Shown here piece by piece: positions 20,130-29,343 of a stretch of 64,000 nt of DNA. How positions within the stretch are numbered: position 1 is the stretch's first letter; each line of letters begins with the position of its first letter. The notes beneath the pieces were generated by a model. It was not told the DNA's origin. It saw nothing but the letters and a program-made list of their open reading frames with translations, and searched no databases. The translations under genes and the position numbers were made by a program. The DNA comes from an uncultured Planctomycetales bacterium (GTDB lineage: Bacteria; Omnitrophota; Gorgyraeia; Zapsychrales; GWA2-47-8), in the NCBI GenBank assembly GCA_964499685.1, contig CAZCLW010000003.1:16042-80041 (forward strand), read 5' to 3'.

Positions 20130-22896
20130 TGTCACTTTTCGGGAGGCCTTGGACATTGCTTTTAAGATGTTCGAGACGACATCCAAGGGAGAGATATATT
20201 TTCTGAACTTGGACTGTCTGTACAGATCGGTGCGCGACCGGGAATACCGAAGGGCGCTGAACAGGGCCAGCCTTGTCCTCTCCGACGGGGTAGGTCTTAA
20301 GGTCGCCACATGGCTCTTCGGCGGGAAGATGAGGGAAAACTGCAACGGCACCGATTTTTCGCCGTTTTTCATGGAAGAGATCGCTCGTAACGGTTATGGG
20401 GTCTATCTGCTCGGCGGAAAAGACAATGTTGCCTCCGCGGCGGCGGAAAACCTCCGTCAAATGTTCCCGCGTCTTCTCATCAAGGGAACACACGACGGTT
20501 TTTTTGACAACGACGATGAGATCATCGACGATATCAATAGATCCGGCGCGGAAGTCCTTTTTGTCGCCATGGGGGCGCCGTTGCAGGAAAAATGGATCGC
20601 GCGCAACCGTCATCGGCTTAATCCCCGCATTTGCCTGGGCGTGGGAGGTTTATTGGATTATTTATCGGGATATAAAATACGCGCGCCTCATCTTTGGCGG
20701 AGTCTGCATTTGGAATGGCTGTGGCGGGTTTTCCGGGAGCCGCAGCGTCTGTTTAAACGCTATTTTATGGAGGATATGGGCTTTATGATCTATTTACTTT
20801 ATATCATTATAAAAAGGAAATTCGGTGTTCTATGGGGAAAGAAAATGCGCAACCCCGCCATTTTTATTTTTTTCTTTTTGACACTTATTTTCACGCGGAT
20901 AGCTTTCGCGCAGCAGGGTAATTGGAGTTTTGCCGGCTGGTACGGCGGAGGCTGTTACCCCAACATCGTGTTCGACCCGAATGTCAGGAATAGGGTGTAT
21001 CTCACGTCAGATGTGGCCGGTGCCTGGCGGAGTGATAACGGCGGTGAACAATGGCATTTTATCAATCAAGGTCTTAATAGTTTGAATGTGGCCCAATTGG
21101 CGGTCGCCAAGGCCAATTCCAATGTGCTGTATGCCGCGACGGTACGGGGGATTTATTATTCTCTCAATGCCGGCTCGTCCTGGCAGAAGGCGGATGACGC
21201 CGGAGGGGCCCTGGTGTTTCAGCGGCCGCAAAGCCACCGGCCCATAACCATTTCGGCGCGGAATGCCGGTAAGGTGTGCGCGGGCACTTCCAAAGGCGAG
21301 GTTTTCTGCTCGCAAAATTACGGAAAAAGTTGGGTGCCGATCCCCGCCTATCTCGGCAAACCGACCCCGATAACATCCCTGTCCTTTGTTTCCGGGGATA
21401 ACGGTTTGCTCGTCGGCAATACCACAGGTCTGCTTAAATACAGTTTTAATACCAAAACCTGGTATCCGTATTTTTCATTCAATCATCCTGTCACGGATTT
21501 TACCATCTCCCAAAAAAAGCCTGGGATGCTGGTCGTGGCCGGTGAAAAATACCTTTTGATCACTTTAGATAACGGAAAGACTTGGCAGAGATCGGCGGAT
21601 ATCCCCGAGGGGAAGAGCTACCGCGTCATCCTGGACGATTCTAAAACAAGTCCCGTTATTATTGTGGCTTGGCTGCAGGATTGGAACGGCGGCCTTGTCA
21701 TTTCCAGCGACGGAGGGGTTTCCTGGAAGAAGTTTGACGGAAAATTTTTCCCCGATACCGTCGGAAACCCGACGCGAAGTTGGGCGGCTTTAAAGACCCG
21801 TCCGACAGCGGTCCGGATAGACCCTTTCGATCCCGAGCGTTTTTTCCTTACCGACTGGTGGGGCGTGTGGCGCACGGACAACCGGGGTTATTTCTGGGTC
21901 GAAAAGATCAAGGGTGCGCCCAACAGCGTGGGTTCGGATATTTTTATGTCGGCGCAAGGGGATCTTTATGTGGCCACCATGGATAACGGGCTTTTAAGAA
22001 GCAGCGACGGAGGCAAGACCTATCAGATGCTTTTCCCGAAGAAGGGATACAGCACCGAGATCAACGGTCATTTGTGGCAGGTCTTGGTCGTGGGGAATAA
22101 TCGCATCGTCGCGACTTCTTCTCCATGGGGAGCGAATATCAATCAAGTCATTATCAGCGATGACGGCGGCCAGAATTTTCGCATAGCCCGGGCCGGTTTG
22201 CCGGCACAGAGGCCCAAAGGCAATACCATGTGGGGACAAGGATATCCACGCGGACTGGCGGTCGATCCGGCCAATGCCAATGTCCTCTACTTGGGAATGG
22301 ATGGCGATGATCTGGGCGGTATTTTCCGGTCACAGGACGCCGGTTCTTCTTGGGCCCGTCTGCCCGGACAGCCCAGTTCCAAAAAGATATATAACGGTCT
22401 GCTTGTCGATAAAGATTCTTCTGACACTTTATTCTGGGCAGCTTGCGGACCCGGCGGAGGAATCTACAAATCCGTAGACCGCGGACAGACTTGGAAAAGA
22501 ATTTTTTCAAGGACCTTTTGTATTTTGGACCTTGAGATGGGGTCCGATGGGGCCTTGTATGCGGCGGGGTCTGCTCCGCGGCCGGTGCTTTATGTTTCCA
22601 GGAATAAAGGGTTGAATTGGACGGAGCTCGGTCAGTTCACCGCGCCGGGGGCCTCGGCGGCGGAGGCGATCGCGACCGCCTTCAATAATCCGCAGCTGAT
22701 CGCGGTCAGCACGGTCAGCTGGAGCCAGGTGGGCTCCCAGAAAATATTCTTAAGCCGTGATGCTGGTAAAACCTGGACGGATATCTCGACGGATCTTCCG
22801 GCGGGAGCCGGCGCTGCGGCCATGACCTTTGACCGCGACGGACGTTTTTTGTATATCACCCGTTATGCGGGGTCTGTGTATAAGTACAGTTTATGA
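20101..22896 (+). CDS. fusion: WecB/TagA/CpsF (GT26) glycosyltransferase + signal-anchor TM + large BNR/Asp-box beta-propeller domain (GH74/sortilin-like)
   Basis: The N-terminal 250 aa match GT26 end-to-end, including the C-terminal LEWLWRVFREPQRLFKRYF. Then a hydrophobic segment AIFIFFFLTLIFTRIAFA. Then at least 11 Asp-box repeats (SDNGGEQW, NAGSSWQK, DNGKTWQR, SDGGVSWKK, SDGGKTYQ, DDGGQNF, DAGSSWAR, DRGQTWKR, RDAGKTWTD ...). No in-frame stop between domains (checked codon by codon, 20761-20940). Confidence 0.65.
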   Translation: MRILGINYHNVTFREALDIAFKMFETTSKGEIYFLNLDCLYRSVRDREYRRALNRASLVLSDGVGLKVATWLFGGKMRENCNGTDFSPFFMEEIARNGYGVYLLGGKDNVASAAAENLRQMFPRLLIKGTHDGFFDNDDEIIDDINRSGAEVLFVAMGAPLQEKWIARNRHRLNPRICLGVGGLLDYLSGYKIRAPHLWRSLHLEWLWRVFREPQRLFKRYFMEDMGFMIYLLYIIIKRKFGVLWGKKMRNPAIFIFFFLTLIFTRIAFAQQGNWSFAGWYGGGCYPNIVFDPNVRNRVYLTSDVAGAWRSDNGGEQWHFINQGLNSLNVAQLAVAKANSNVLYAATVRGIYYSLNAGSSWQKADDAGGALVFQRPQSHRPITISARNAGKVCAGTSKGEVFCSQNYGKSWVPIPAYLGKPTPITSLSFVSGDNGLLVGNTTGLLKYSFNTKTWYPYFSFNHPVTDFTISQKKPGMLVVAGEKYLLITLDNGKTWQRSADIPEGKSYRVILDDSKTSPVIIVAWLQDWNGGLVISSDGGVSWKKFDGKFFPDTVGNPTRSWAALKTRPTAVRIDPFDPERFFLTDWWGVWRTDNRGYFWVEKIKGAPNSVGSDIFMSAQGDLYVATMDNGLLRSSDGGKTYQMLFPKKGYSTEINGHLWQVLVVGNNRIVATSSPWGANINQVIISDDGGQNFRIARAGLPAQRPKGNTMWGQGYPRGLAVDPANANVLYLGMDGDDLGGIFRSQDAGSSWARLPGQPSSKKIYNGLLVDKDSSDTLFWAACGPGGGIYKSVDRGQTWKRIFSRTFCILDLEMGSDGALYAAGSAPRPVLYVSRNKGLNWTELGQFTAPGASAAEAIATAFNNPQLIAVSTVSWSQVGSQKIFLSRDAGKTWTDISTDLPAGAGAAAMTFDRDGRFLYITRYAGSVYKYSL

Positions 22897-22908
22897 GAGG
22901 AGGACAAT

Positions 22909-23334
22909 ATGGATAGGGATACAAAATCGATCATTATCAAGGGCCATGCCCCACGACTTTATAATTTATGGACGGATTTTGAAAAATTCCCCCACTTTAT
23001 GAAATATATCAAATCCGTCCGCAAGACCAGCGACAAGACCAGTCACTGGGTGATGGAGGGCCCCCTGGGCAAAGACCTGGAGTGGGATGCTGAAATTACC
23101 GATGCCATGGAGAACAAGCGCTTGGGTTGGCACAGCACACAAGGCGACATCAAGACCAGCGGTCAAGTGACCTTCAATGAACTGGATCACGGGGAAACAC
23201 AGGTCACGGTCCAGTTAAAATATATCCCGCCGGCGGGTGCCGTAGGGAAGGCCGCGGCGCATGTATTTGATAATCCGGGAAAAAAATTGGAAGAAGACCT
23301 GCGCGAATTCAAGAAATATGCGGAAACACAATAA
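22909..23334 (+). CDS. SRPBCC (polyketide cyclase/dehydrase-like) family protein
   Basis: About 140 aa with a START/Bet v1-like pattern (W..FEKFPHFM...V.L.Y.PP). RBS GAGGAGGA. Confidence 0.55.
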   Translation: MDRDTKSIIIKGHAPRLYNLWTDFEKFPHFMKYIKSVRKTSDKTSHWVMEGPLGKDLEWDAEITDAMENKRLGWHSTQGDIKTSGQVTFNELDHGETQVTVQLKYIPPAGAVGKAAAHVFDNPGKKLEEDLREFKKYAETQ

Positions 23335-24040
23335 CCACAGCCATCCTAATTCCAACGGGGAAAAACCGGACAGGCCCCGACGCTCAAGCGGGGAGAACCG
23401 CGAGTGGCCCGCGGGTTCCGTTTCTCCCAGAGGCGTTCTCCAGCACCTTCGCAAATATATTTTTAACGGTCTTTTGGCCATCATTCCGCTTCTCTTGTGC
23501 GTTTTGGCCGTTCAGTTGCTGTACAGCTTGATCGACAGGCGCGTCCTTGAATTCTTGAATGTGCGTCAAATTCCCGGGCTGGGGATCCTCTTACTCCTGA
23601 TCTCGTTATATATTATCGGCCTGGTCGTCAGCAATGTTCTCGGACACGGTTTTCTTAGGTTCCTCGAAAATATCACGCGCCGTATACCGTTGATCGGGTC
23701 TATCTATAATGTCGGCAAACAGCTTTCTCAGAGTATCATCGCCAACGGTTCACAAAAGCAGTCCTTCAAGAAAGTCGTTCTTATGCGGCTTGATACGCAC
23801 CATGAAGTGTGGTGTCCGGTCTTTGTTATGAGCTCCTCGACGGACTCCCAGACCGGAGAGGAATTGTTCTTTGTCTTTGTTCCCACCGCGCCTACGCCGG
23901 CGGGAGGATTGGTCTTTGTCACCAAGGCCTCTCAGACGATCGATCCGGGCTGGAGCGTGGAAGAAGGCCTCAAAATAATCCTTTCCATGGGCCTTATTTC
24001 CCCGAAAGAGCTGGACCTGGAAGCCCTTTCCGGCAAGTAA
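23318..24040 (+). CDS. DUF502 family membrane protein
   Basis: Two TM helices followed by RRIPLIGSIYNVGKQLSQS and ...FVFVPTAPTPAGGLVFV, characteristic of DUF502/COG2928. Start uncertain (ATG at 23318 overlaps the upstream gene by 17 nt). Confidence 0.55.
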   Translation: MRKHNNHSHPNSNGEKPDRPRRSSGENREWPAGSVSPRGVLQHLRKYIFNGLLAIIPLLLCVLAVQLLYSLIDRRVLEFLNVRQIPGLGILLLLISLYIIGLVVSNVLGHGFLRFLENITRRIPLIGSIYNVGKQLSQSIIANGSQKQSFKKVVLMRLDTHHEVWCPVFVMSSSTDSQTGEELFFVFVPTAPTPAGGLVFVTKASQTIDPGWSVEEGLKIILSMGLISPKELDLEALSGK

Positions 24041-24114
24041 ACGGTATATTGAAAAATTTATAATTTGTTTTAAGATATGTTTAGGTACAAGAAAAGTCCA
24101 ACCAGGAGGGGATC

Positions 24115-24552
24115 ATGAAAAAAGTATTTATTATGTTCGCCATGCTGTTCTTAAGCAGTCATTTGGTCTTGGCCCAAGATTCATCTTCCGGCCCCATGAT
24201 GGAAAAAGCGAAAATGGGCTATGGAATGATGGATGGTCAGCGAAAGAAGATGTGCCCTATGCACGGCATGATGATGAAATCCATGATGAAAATCGAACTG
24301 GTTGCAACCTCCGACGGGGGCATTGTTGTTCTGACCGGCAATAAATTGACCAAATATGATAAAAACTTGAACGTGGTCAAGGAAACCGAGATCCAGTCCG
24401 GCGAAGACGCCATGCACAAAATGATGATGAAGATGAAAGAGCAATGCCGGATGTGCCCCATGATGAAAAAGGGCATGCCGAATTCTGATGATGCCGCGGA
24501 TGTGGGCGACGAGGGGACACAAGGCGCCGAAGACCACGAAAGTCACCACTGA
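24115..24552 (+). CDS. secreted methionine-rich putative Cu(I)-binding protein
   Basis: Signal peptide. Two Met/Cys/His clusters (KKMCPMHGMMMKSMMK and KMMMKMKEQCRMCPMMKKGM) flank a beta-rich core. His-rich C-terminus EDHESHH. RBS AGGAGG. Confidence 0.5.
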   Translation: MKKVFIMFAMLFLSSHLVLAQDSSSGPMMEKAKMGYGMMDGQRKKMCPMHGMMMKSMMKIELVATSDGGIVVLTGNKLTKYDKNLNVVKETEIQSGEDAMHKMMMKMKEQCRMCPMMKKGMPNSDDAADVGDEGTQGAEDHESHH

Positions 24553-24589
24553 GCCCATCCCGGGCCTCAGGGAAGCGCCTCGACTTCGG

Positions 24590-26212
24590 TCATGGGATGT
24601 ACGGCACCTCGGCCAGCAAAAAGGCGCGCAGCTCAGGCGGTGCCGGAGATACGGTAGAATCAAAAAAGGCGGGATTTTTCCGGTTTTTCCATGCTTCCCA
24701 TGTTATCTTGAAATTGCTTTCAGGGACATTCAGCTTGTTCCAAAGCCCGCGCCTGCCTTCTAGGAAATGCTTTTCATATACTTCCCATCGGTGATATTGG
24801 TTCGTCCACATGTCGAGTTCCCAATAAGGCTCGCGGAAGTGTAGTGCCAGCCAGGCATAATTGAGCATCCGGACATTGTGAAACGAATTGATCATAAGGC
24901 TGACCAGAAAGACGTAAACCAGAAGATCTTTCCATTTTATCTTGGCGATAATAAGTTTTAGCCCCGTTCCCGCCGTGACGGCAAAAAGCGCGCTGAAACC
25001 GGCACCGTAGTATCCGCACCCCGATAAAATATTATTTGTGATATGCAAAACGCTGAAAAAGATGCTGAAGATGATCAGTGCTGCTCCGGATTTGAGGAAG
25101 TATCCCCGCACTTCGTGCTCCGATGGCGATCGTTTATACAGCGACCACAGGAAGACAGCGGTCAACGCGGCGGCCACGCCGTTGTGAAACACCTGGAAGG
25201 GCGCGGTGTATTTGTCGTTCAGCACGCTTAATCCCAGCCGTATATTATCACCATTGAGAAGGCGGTTAGTGACCGAGAAAAATTCCGTTACCCGTACACT
25301 GAGGGACGGATCTTTTAAGTAGGCCGTGAATCCGGCCAGGAGATTGTCGTGCAGAAGAAGGAAGAAGTTAACTGTTATGGCCCAAAGATCAACCGCTGGG
25401 AAGTTCCGGTCGACTGTAATGCGCCTGAAGAAATCAAATCCAGGATGGCCGGTCAGTGTGTAGATTTTGGGGAGAAAAAACATGAGGGCCGCATAGTAGA
25501 GGACCGGAATAAGCAAATAGGAAATGATTGCAAAGGCCCGGTGCGACCGCTGCCAAAATAAGCCGGGGTAAAAAAGGGGAATAAGGACAAAAAGAAAAAG
25601 GGAATATTCGTCGAAAAATAAGGCGGCGGTCACGGTCAATACAAGGAGACTGAAGCGAAGGCGGAAATTTCCGGAGCGATTTTTGACAAGACAAGAGCCC
25701 AGATATAAACAATAGATGTAAAAGAAATTAGAAAATACCTTCCCTGGATGGAAGAGCATTATAATGGGGATGAGCGCGCCCGGCGTGATGATATAAATAA
25801 AGGCGCTGATAATCCCGGCATTCCGGTCGCCGGTCAGGTTCCGTACAAGTTTATACAGAAAATGCGGGCACAGGCCTAAGGCCACCAACCAGGTAAGGGA
25901 GAGGCTGGGATGGGGCGGAACAAATTGGAATAACCAGTTCCGGAGCAGGATATTGATAGTCTGGAAGAGATTGGAAAATATCCGGCCGCGGCTGTTGGGG
26001 ACCCCATTGTATTCCCCTTCAAAAAGCTGCCAGTCGAAAAGTTGGATAAACCGGCCGCTCCAGGAGTCATACCCCGCCAAGATTGTTTGTGTCATCACGG
26101 CGACTTCTTTGTGCATCCATGCGTTTTCATAATTGAGCAGGACGCCAAAAATATATATGTAGGCCAGGACAAACAGGATTTTTAGAGAGGAATCCCGGAC
26201 AATCAGGTTCAT
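24590..26212 (-). CDS. large polytopic membrane protein, possibly GT-C-fold glycosyltransferase-like
   Basis: 540 aa with more than 10 TM helices. Acidic/aromatic first extracytoplasmic loop (NYENAWMHKE). Trp-rich soluble C-terminal domain about 100 aa. No confident family assignment. Confidence 0.45.
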   Translation of the reverse strand: MNLIVRDSSLKILFVLAYIYIFGVLLNYENAWMHKEVAVMTQTILAGYDSWSGRFIQLFDWQLFEGEYNGVPNSRGRIFSNLFQTINILLRNWLFQFVPPHPSLSLTWLVALGLCPHFLYKLVRNLTGDRNAGIISAFIYIITPGALIPIIMLFHPGKVFSNFFYIYCLYLGSCLVKNRSGNFRLRFSLLVLTVTAALFFDEYSLFLFVLIPLFYPGLFWQRSHRAFAIISYLLIPVLYYAALMFFLPKIYTLTGHPGFDFFRRITVDRNFPAVDLWAITVNFFLLLHDNLLAGFTAYLKDPSLSVRVTEFFSVTNRLLNGDNIRLGLSVLNDKYTAPFQVFHNGVAAALTAVFLWSLYKRSPSEHEVRGYFLKSGAALIIFSIFFSVLHITNNILSGCGYYGAGFSALFAVTAGTGLKLIIAKIKWKDLLVYVFLVSLMINSFHNVRMLNYAWLALHFREPYWELDMWTNQYHRWEVYEKHFLEGRRGLWNKLNVPESNFKITWEAWKNRKNPAFFDSTVSPAPPELRAFLLAEVPYIP

Positions 26213-26589
26213 TGGGAGAGTTTGAAACTTATGGCCCGCCAGTTGCCTTTATCGAGCACCATTTCCCCGACCCAGGTCCTCTCTGACGGGAGAACGTTGC
26301 CCGGAGGAAATTCAAGCTCGACCCAAAACTGGGCTGTCTTTTTCCCGTTGACGGAACCAAAACGTTGCGATTTAATCGTGTAGGATTTCAGGTCGTAGAT
26401 GGGGGGAGACTGTTCGGGTTCCATGAAATACTTGGCTGCGGCAACCGCGTCGTCTTTGGCCCAGTTTTCAAGAATGGCCTTGACGGTCGCGGAGGCCTTC
26501 TGCCGGCTGATAAACGGGATCAGGACAAACTGCAGGAGCAAGAATGCCGCTATACCACCCGCAATATATCTGATATATTTAGGGTCCAT
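26209..26589 (-). CDS. membrane-anchored hypothetical protein (translationally coupled to the downstream membrane protein)
   Basis: Single N-terminal TM plus a soluble domain. ATGA overlap with the 24590-26212 gene. Confidence 0.4.
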   Translation of the reverse strand: MDPKYIRYIAGGIAAFLLLQFVLIPFISRQKASATVKAILENWAKDDAVAAAKYFMEPEQSPPIYDLKSYTIKSQRFGSVNGKKTAQFWVELEFPPGNVLPSERTWVGEMVLDKGNWRAISFKLSQ

Positions 26590-26658
26590 AGGGTTGTCCG
26601 AAGGAACAAGGCGATTATAACACCGGCGATATCCCGGAGCAAATATTAAAGGAATTTT

Positions 26659-27198
26659 ATGACGTATCCTTACCGATTCATTTCCGCCGTATTAATGATT
26701 TTCGTTTTGTCGCTGGCAGGCTGCGACTTTATTTACAGTCTCCTGCAACGGGAAGGTGCGGAAGAAAAAAAACTGATCGGCGAGACTATTCCGAATGAAC
26801 CCAACCCAAGGGTCATCGAGGTCCAAAAGCTTTTGTCCCTTTTTGGCTACAAGCCGGGCACGATCGACGGCGGGCTCGGACCCTATACGCGCAAGGCCAT
26901 TGAGGATTTTCAAAAAGCCAATAACATCAAGCCCAGCCGTTTTGTGGACTATGCCACATGGGACAGGCTGCATATGTTCGATAAAAGCGGCCTGGTGGTA
27001 AACGGCGAGGTCAATATAAAGGCCGTGCAGCAGGCCTTGAAGAACGCCGGTTTCAGTCCCGGGAAGATAGACGGTAAGCCCGGGCCACAGACGAATGAGG
27101 CCCTGAAGAAATTTCAAAAGGCCATGGGATTAAAGCCCGACGGGGTCATAGGATTCAAGACCTTAAGGGAGCTGTATGATTTCCTTCCTGCCGAGTAG
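26659..27198 (+). CDS. lipoprotein with two peptidoglycan-binding (PG_binding_1) domains
   Basis: Lipobox LSLAGC. Two repeats of the GY.PG..DG..G..T..A...FQ pattern. Confidence 0.65.
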   Translation: MTYPYRFISAVLMIFVLSLAGCDFIYSLLQREGAEEKKLIGETIPNEPNPRVIEVQKLLSLFGYKPGTIDGGLGPYTRKAIEDFQKANNIKPSRFVDYATWDRLHMFDKSGLVVNGEVNIKAVQQALKNAGFSPGKIDGKPGPQTNEALKKFQKAMGLKPDGVIGFKTLRELYDFLPAE

Positions 27199-27228
27199 GC
27201 GGCCGAGGTAATCTTCCGTTAAAAAATC

Positions 27229-27256
27229 TTGATTTAAGCTTCGTCGGGAGTATAGT
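27229..27256 (+). promoter_or_regulatory. sigma70-like promoter TTGATT-N16-TATAGT upstream of sucC
   Basis: Hexamers read directly in sequence, 36 nt upstream of the sucC ATG. Confidence 0.4.
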
Positions 27257-27291
27257 AATATCTTATATTTTGAACAGGTTTACATGCCGTT

Positions 27292-28422
27292 ATGAAGATC
27301 CACGAATATCAAGCCGCGGAATTATTTAAGAAATTCAATATCCCTGTCTTGCCGGGCCAGGTGGCCGCCGAGGCCGCGGAAGCCAAGACTATTGCCGACA
27401 AAATTGGTTATCCCGTTGTTTTAAAATCACAAGTCCTGGTCGGCGGCCGCGGCAAGGCCGGCGGCATCAAAATCGTCAAAAAGTCCGAAGATCTTGAGCC
27501 CACTTTCATCCAGCTCAAAAAGCTGGTCATTAAGGATTATCCGGTAGAGCGTATCCTGATCGTCCGTGCCATTGATATCAAAAAAGAATATTACGCGGCG
27601 GTCACCATGGACCCGCTGCACAATGATGTCGTCTTGATCGTCAGCCCCGAAGGCGGCGTGGACATTGAAGAGACCGCCAAAAAGAAACCCCAGGCCATCC
27701 ATAAGTTTTATCTTCAGCAAGAACGGACGCTGGATAAAAAAAGATGGCCGGCTTTTATCGCCGGCGTCTTTCCCGACAAGTCTTCGCAGGAGACCATCAC
27801 GCAGATCTTCCAGAATTTGGTGAATCTATTCTTTGCCTACGACTGTTCTCTGGCCGAGATCAATCCGCTGGTCATTGATGCCAAAGGCCATTGGTACGCG
27901 GCCGATGCCAAAGTCAATTTTGATGACAATGCCTTGTTCCGCCATGAAGATGTCCAGGCCATGCGCGATATGAAGTACGAAGAGGCTGACGAGCTGGAGG
28001 CCAAGCAATACGGCCTGAGTTTCGTCAAACTCGATGGAAATGTCGGCTGCATTGTCAACGGCGCGGGGCTGGCCATGGCGACCGTGGACATCGTCAAACT
28101 CTTCGGCGGGGACCCGGCCAATTTTTTGGATGTAGGCGGGAGTTCCAGCCCGGAGAAGGTCCTTAACGCGATGAAGATCATTCTGCGCAATCCCAAAGTA
28201 AAGGCCATCCTGGTCAATATTTTCGGCGGTATCACCCGCTGTGATGACATTGCCAATGGAATTATCGCCGCGCGGCGAGAATTGAAGATGAACGTCCCGA
28301 TGGTCGTACGCCTGACCGGAACCAATGAAGAGCAGGCCAAGGCCATCCTGGCCAAGGAAAATATCAATACCTATTCTTCCATGCGCGAGGCCATCAAAAA
28401 AGTCGTGGAGCTGGTCCAATGA
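27292..28422 (+). CDS. sucC: succinyl-CoA synthetase (ADP-forming) beta subunit
   Basis: [12 protein letters not shown]...[14 protein letters not shown]...[11 protein letters not shown]...[10 protein letters not shown], near-collinear with canonical SucC. Confidence 0.9.
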   Translation: MKIHEYQAAELFKKFNIPVLPGQVAAEAAEAKTIADKIGYPVVLKSQVLVGGRGKAGGIKIVKKSEDLEPTFIQLKKLVIKDYPVERILIVRAIDIKKEYYAAVTMDPLHNDVVLIVSPEGGVDIEETAKKKPQAIHKFYLQQERTLDKKRWPAFIAGVFPDKSSQETITQIFQNLVNLFFAYDCSLAEINPLVIDAKGHWYAADAKVNFDDNALFRHEDVQAMRDMKYEEADELEAKQYGLSFVKLDGNVGCIVNGAGLAMATVDIVKLFGGDPANFLDVGGSSSPEKVLNAMKIILRNPKVKAILVNIFGGITRCDDIANGIIAARRELKMNVPMVVRLTGTNEEQAKAILAKENINTYSSMREAIKKVVELVQ

Positions 28423-29288
28423 GCGTCCTGATCGACCAAAATACGCGTTTGCTTGTGCAGGGCATCACCGGCCGCGACGGGTCGTTTCATGCCCAGAAAA
28501 TGAAGGAATACGGGACCAAGGTCGTCGCCGGCGTGACACCCGGGAAAGGCGGCCAGGAAGTTTCCGGCATTCCGGTCTTTAACACCGTGGCGGAAGCCAA
28601 AGAGAAGACCGGCGCCAATGCGGCGGTCATCTATGTACCGGCCAAATTCGCAAAAGGCGCCATGCTCGAAGACATCAAGGCTGGGATTGAATTGATCGTC
28701 TGCATCACCGAAGGGATCCCTGTTATCGATATGGTCGATGTCATGCATGCTTTAAGGGGGACAAAGTCGCGGCTGATCGGCCCGAACTGTCCAGGGCTTA
28801 TCTCTCCAGGGAAAAGCAAGGTGGGTATCATGCCCGGCCACATCCATCAGCCCGGCCCTGTCGGCGTTATTTCGCGAAGCGGTACCCTGACCTATGAAGT
28901 GGTCTATAATCTCACGCTGAATAAATTAGGACAATCGACCTGTGTTGGGTTAGGCGGCGACCCGATCGTGGGCCTGCGTTTTGTGGATGCCCTGGCCCTG
29001 TTTATGCGGGACAATGAGACCAAAGCGATCGTCCTTGTCGGCGAGATCGGCGGAGAGGATGAACAGGCCGCGGCCGAATACATCAAAAAGAACCCGGCCA
29101 AACCCGTAGTCGGTTTTATCGCCGGCAAGATGGCCCCCAAGGGCAAACGCATGGGCCATGCCGGAGCGATCATTTCCTCGGGGGTCAGCACCGCCGAGGC
29201 CAAGATCAAGGTCCTTCAGGAAGCCGGCGTCACCGTTGTCAACGCCCCTGATGAGATCCCCGCCATTCTTGCAAAAAAGTTAAAGTAA
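28419..29288 (+). CDS. sucD: succinyl-CoA synthetase alpha subunit
   Basis: [19 protein letters not shown], CoA-binding and catalytic His region (GHAGA). ATGA overlap with sucC. Confidence 0.9.
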   Translation: MSVLIDQNTRLLVQGITGRDGSFHAQKMKEYGTKVVAGVTPGKGGQEVSGIPVFNTVAEAKEKTGANAAVIYVPAKFAKGAMLEDIKAGIELIVCITEGIPVIDMVDVMHALRGTKSRLIGPNCPGLISPGKSKVGIMPGHIHQPGPVGVISRSGTLTYEVVYNLTLNKLGQSTCVGLGGDPIVGLRFVDALALFMRDNETKAIVLVGEIGGEDEQAAAEYIKKNPAKPVVGFIAGKMAPKGKRMGHAGAIISSGVSTAEAKIKVLQEAGVTVVNAPDEIPAILAKKLK

Positions 29289-29343
29289 ACTCCTTTTCCC
29301 CGTACTATAATAAGAGCATTATTTTTTAATCTCCGAGGTTTCC

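Noticed and set aside
24049-24080. Possible promoter TTGAAA…TAAGAT before the Met-rich gene
   Set aside because: The -10 is poor and spacing ambiguous. Not reported as a feature.
24181-24663. 160-aa His-rich ORF on the minus strand
   Set aside because: It is the reverse complement of the Met-rich gene (ATG codons read as CAT=His). An antisense artefact with no independent signals.
27826-28419. 197-aa and 176-aa minus-strand ORFs inside sucC
   Set aside because: Fully antisense to a highly conserved sucC. Composition is typical of shadow ORFs.
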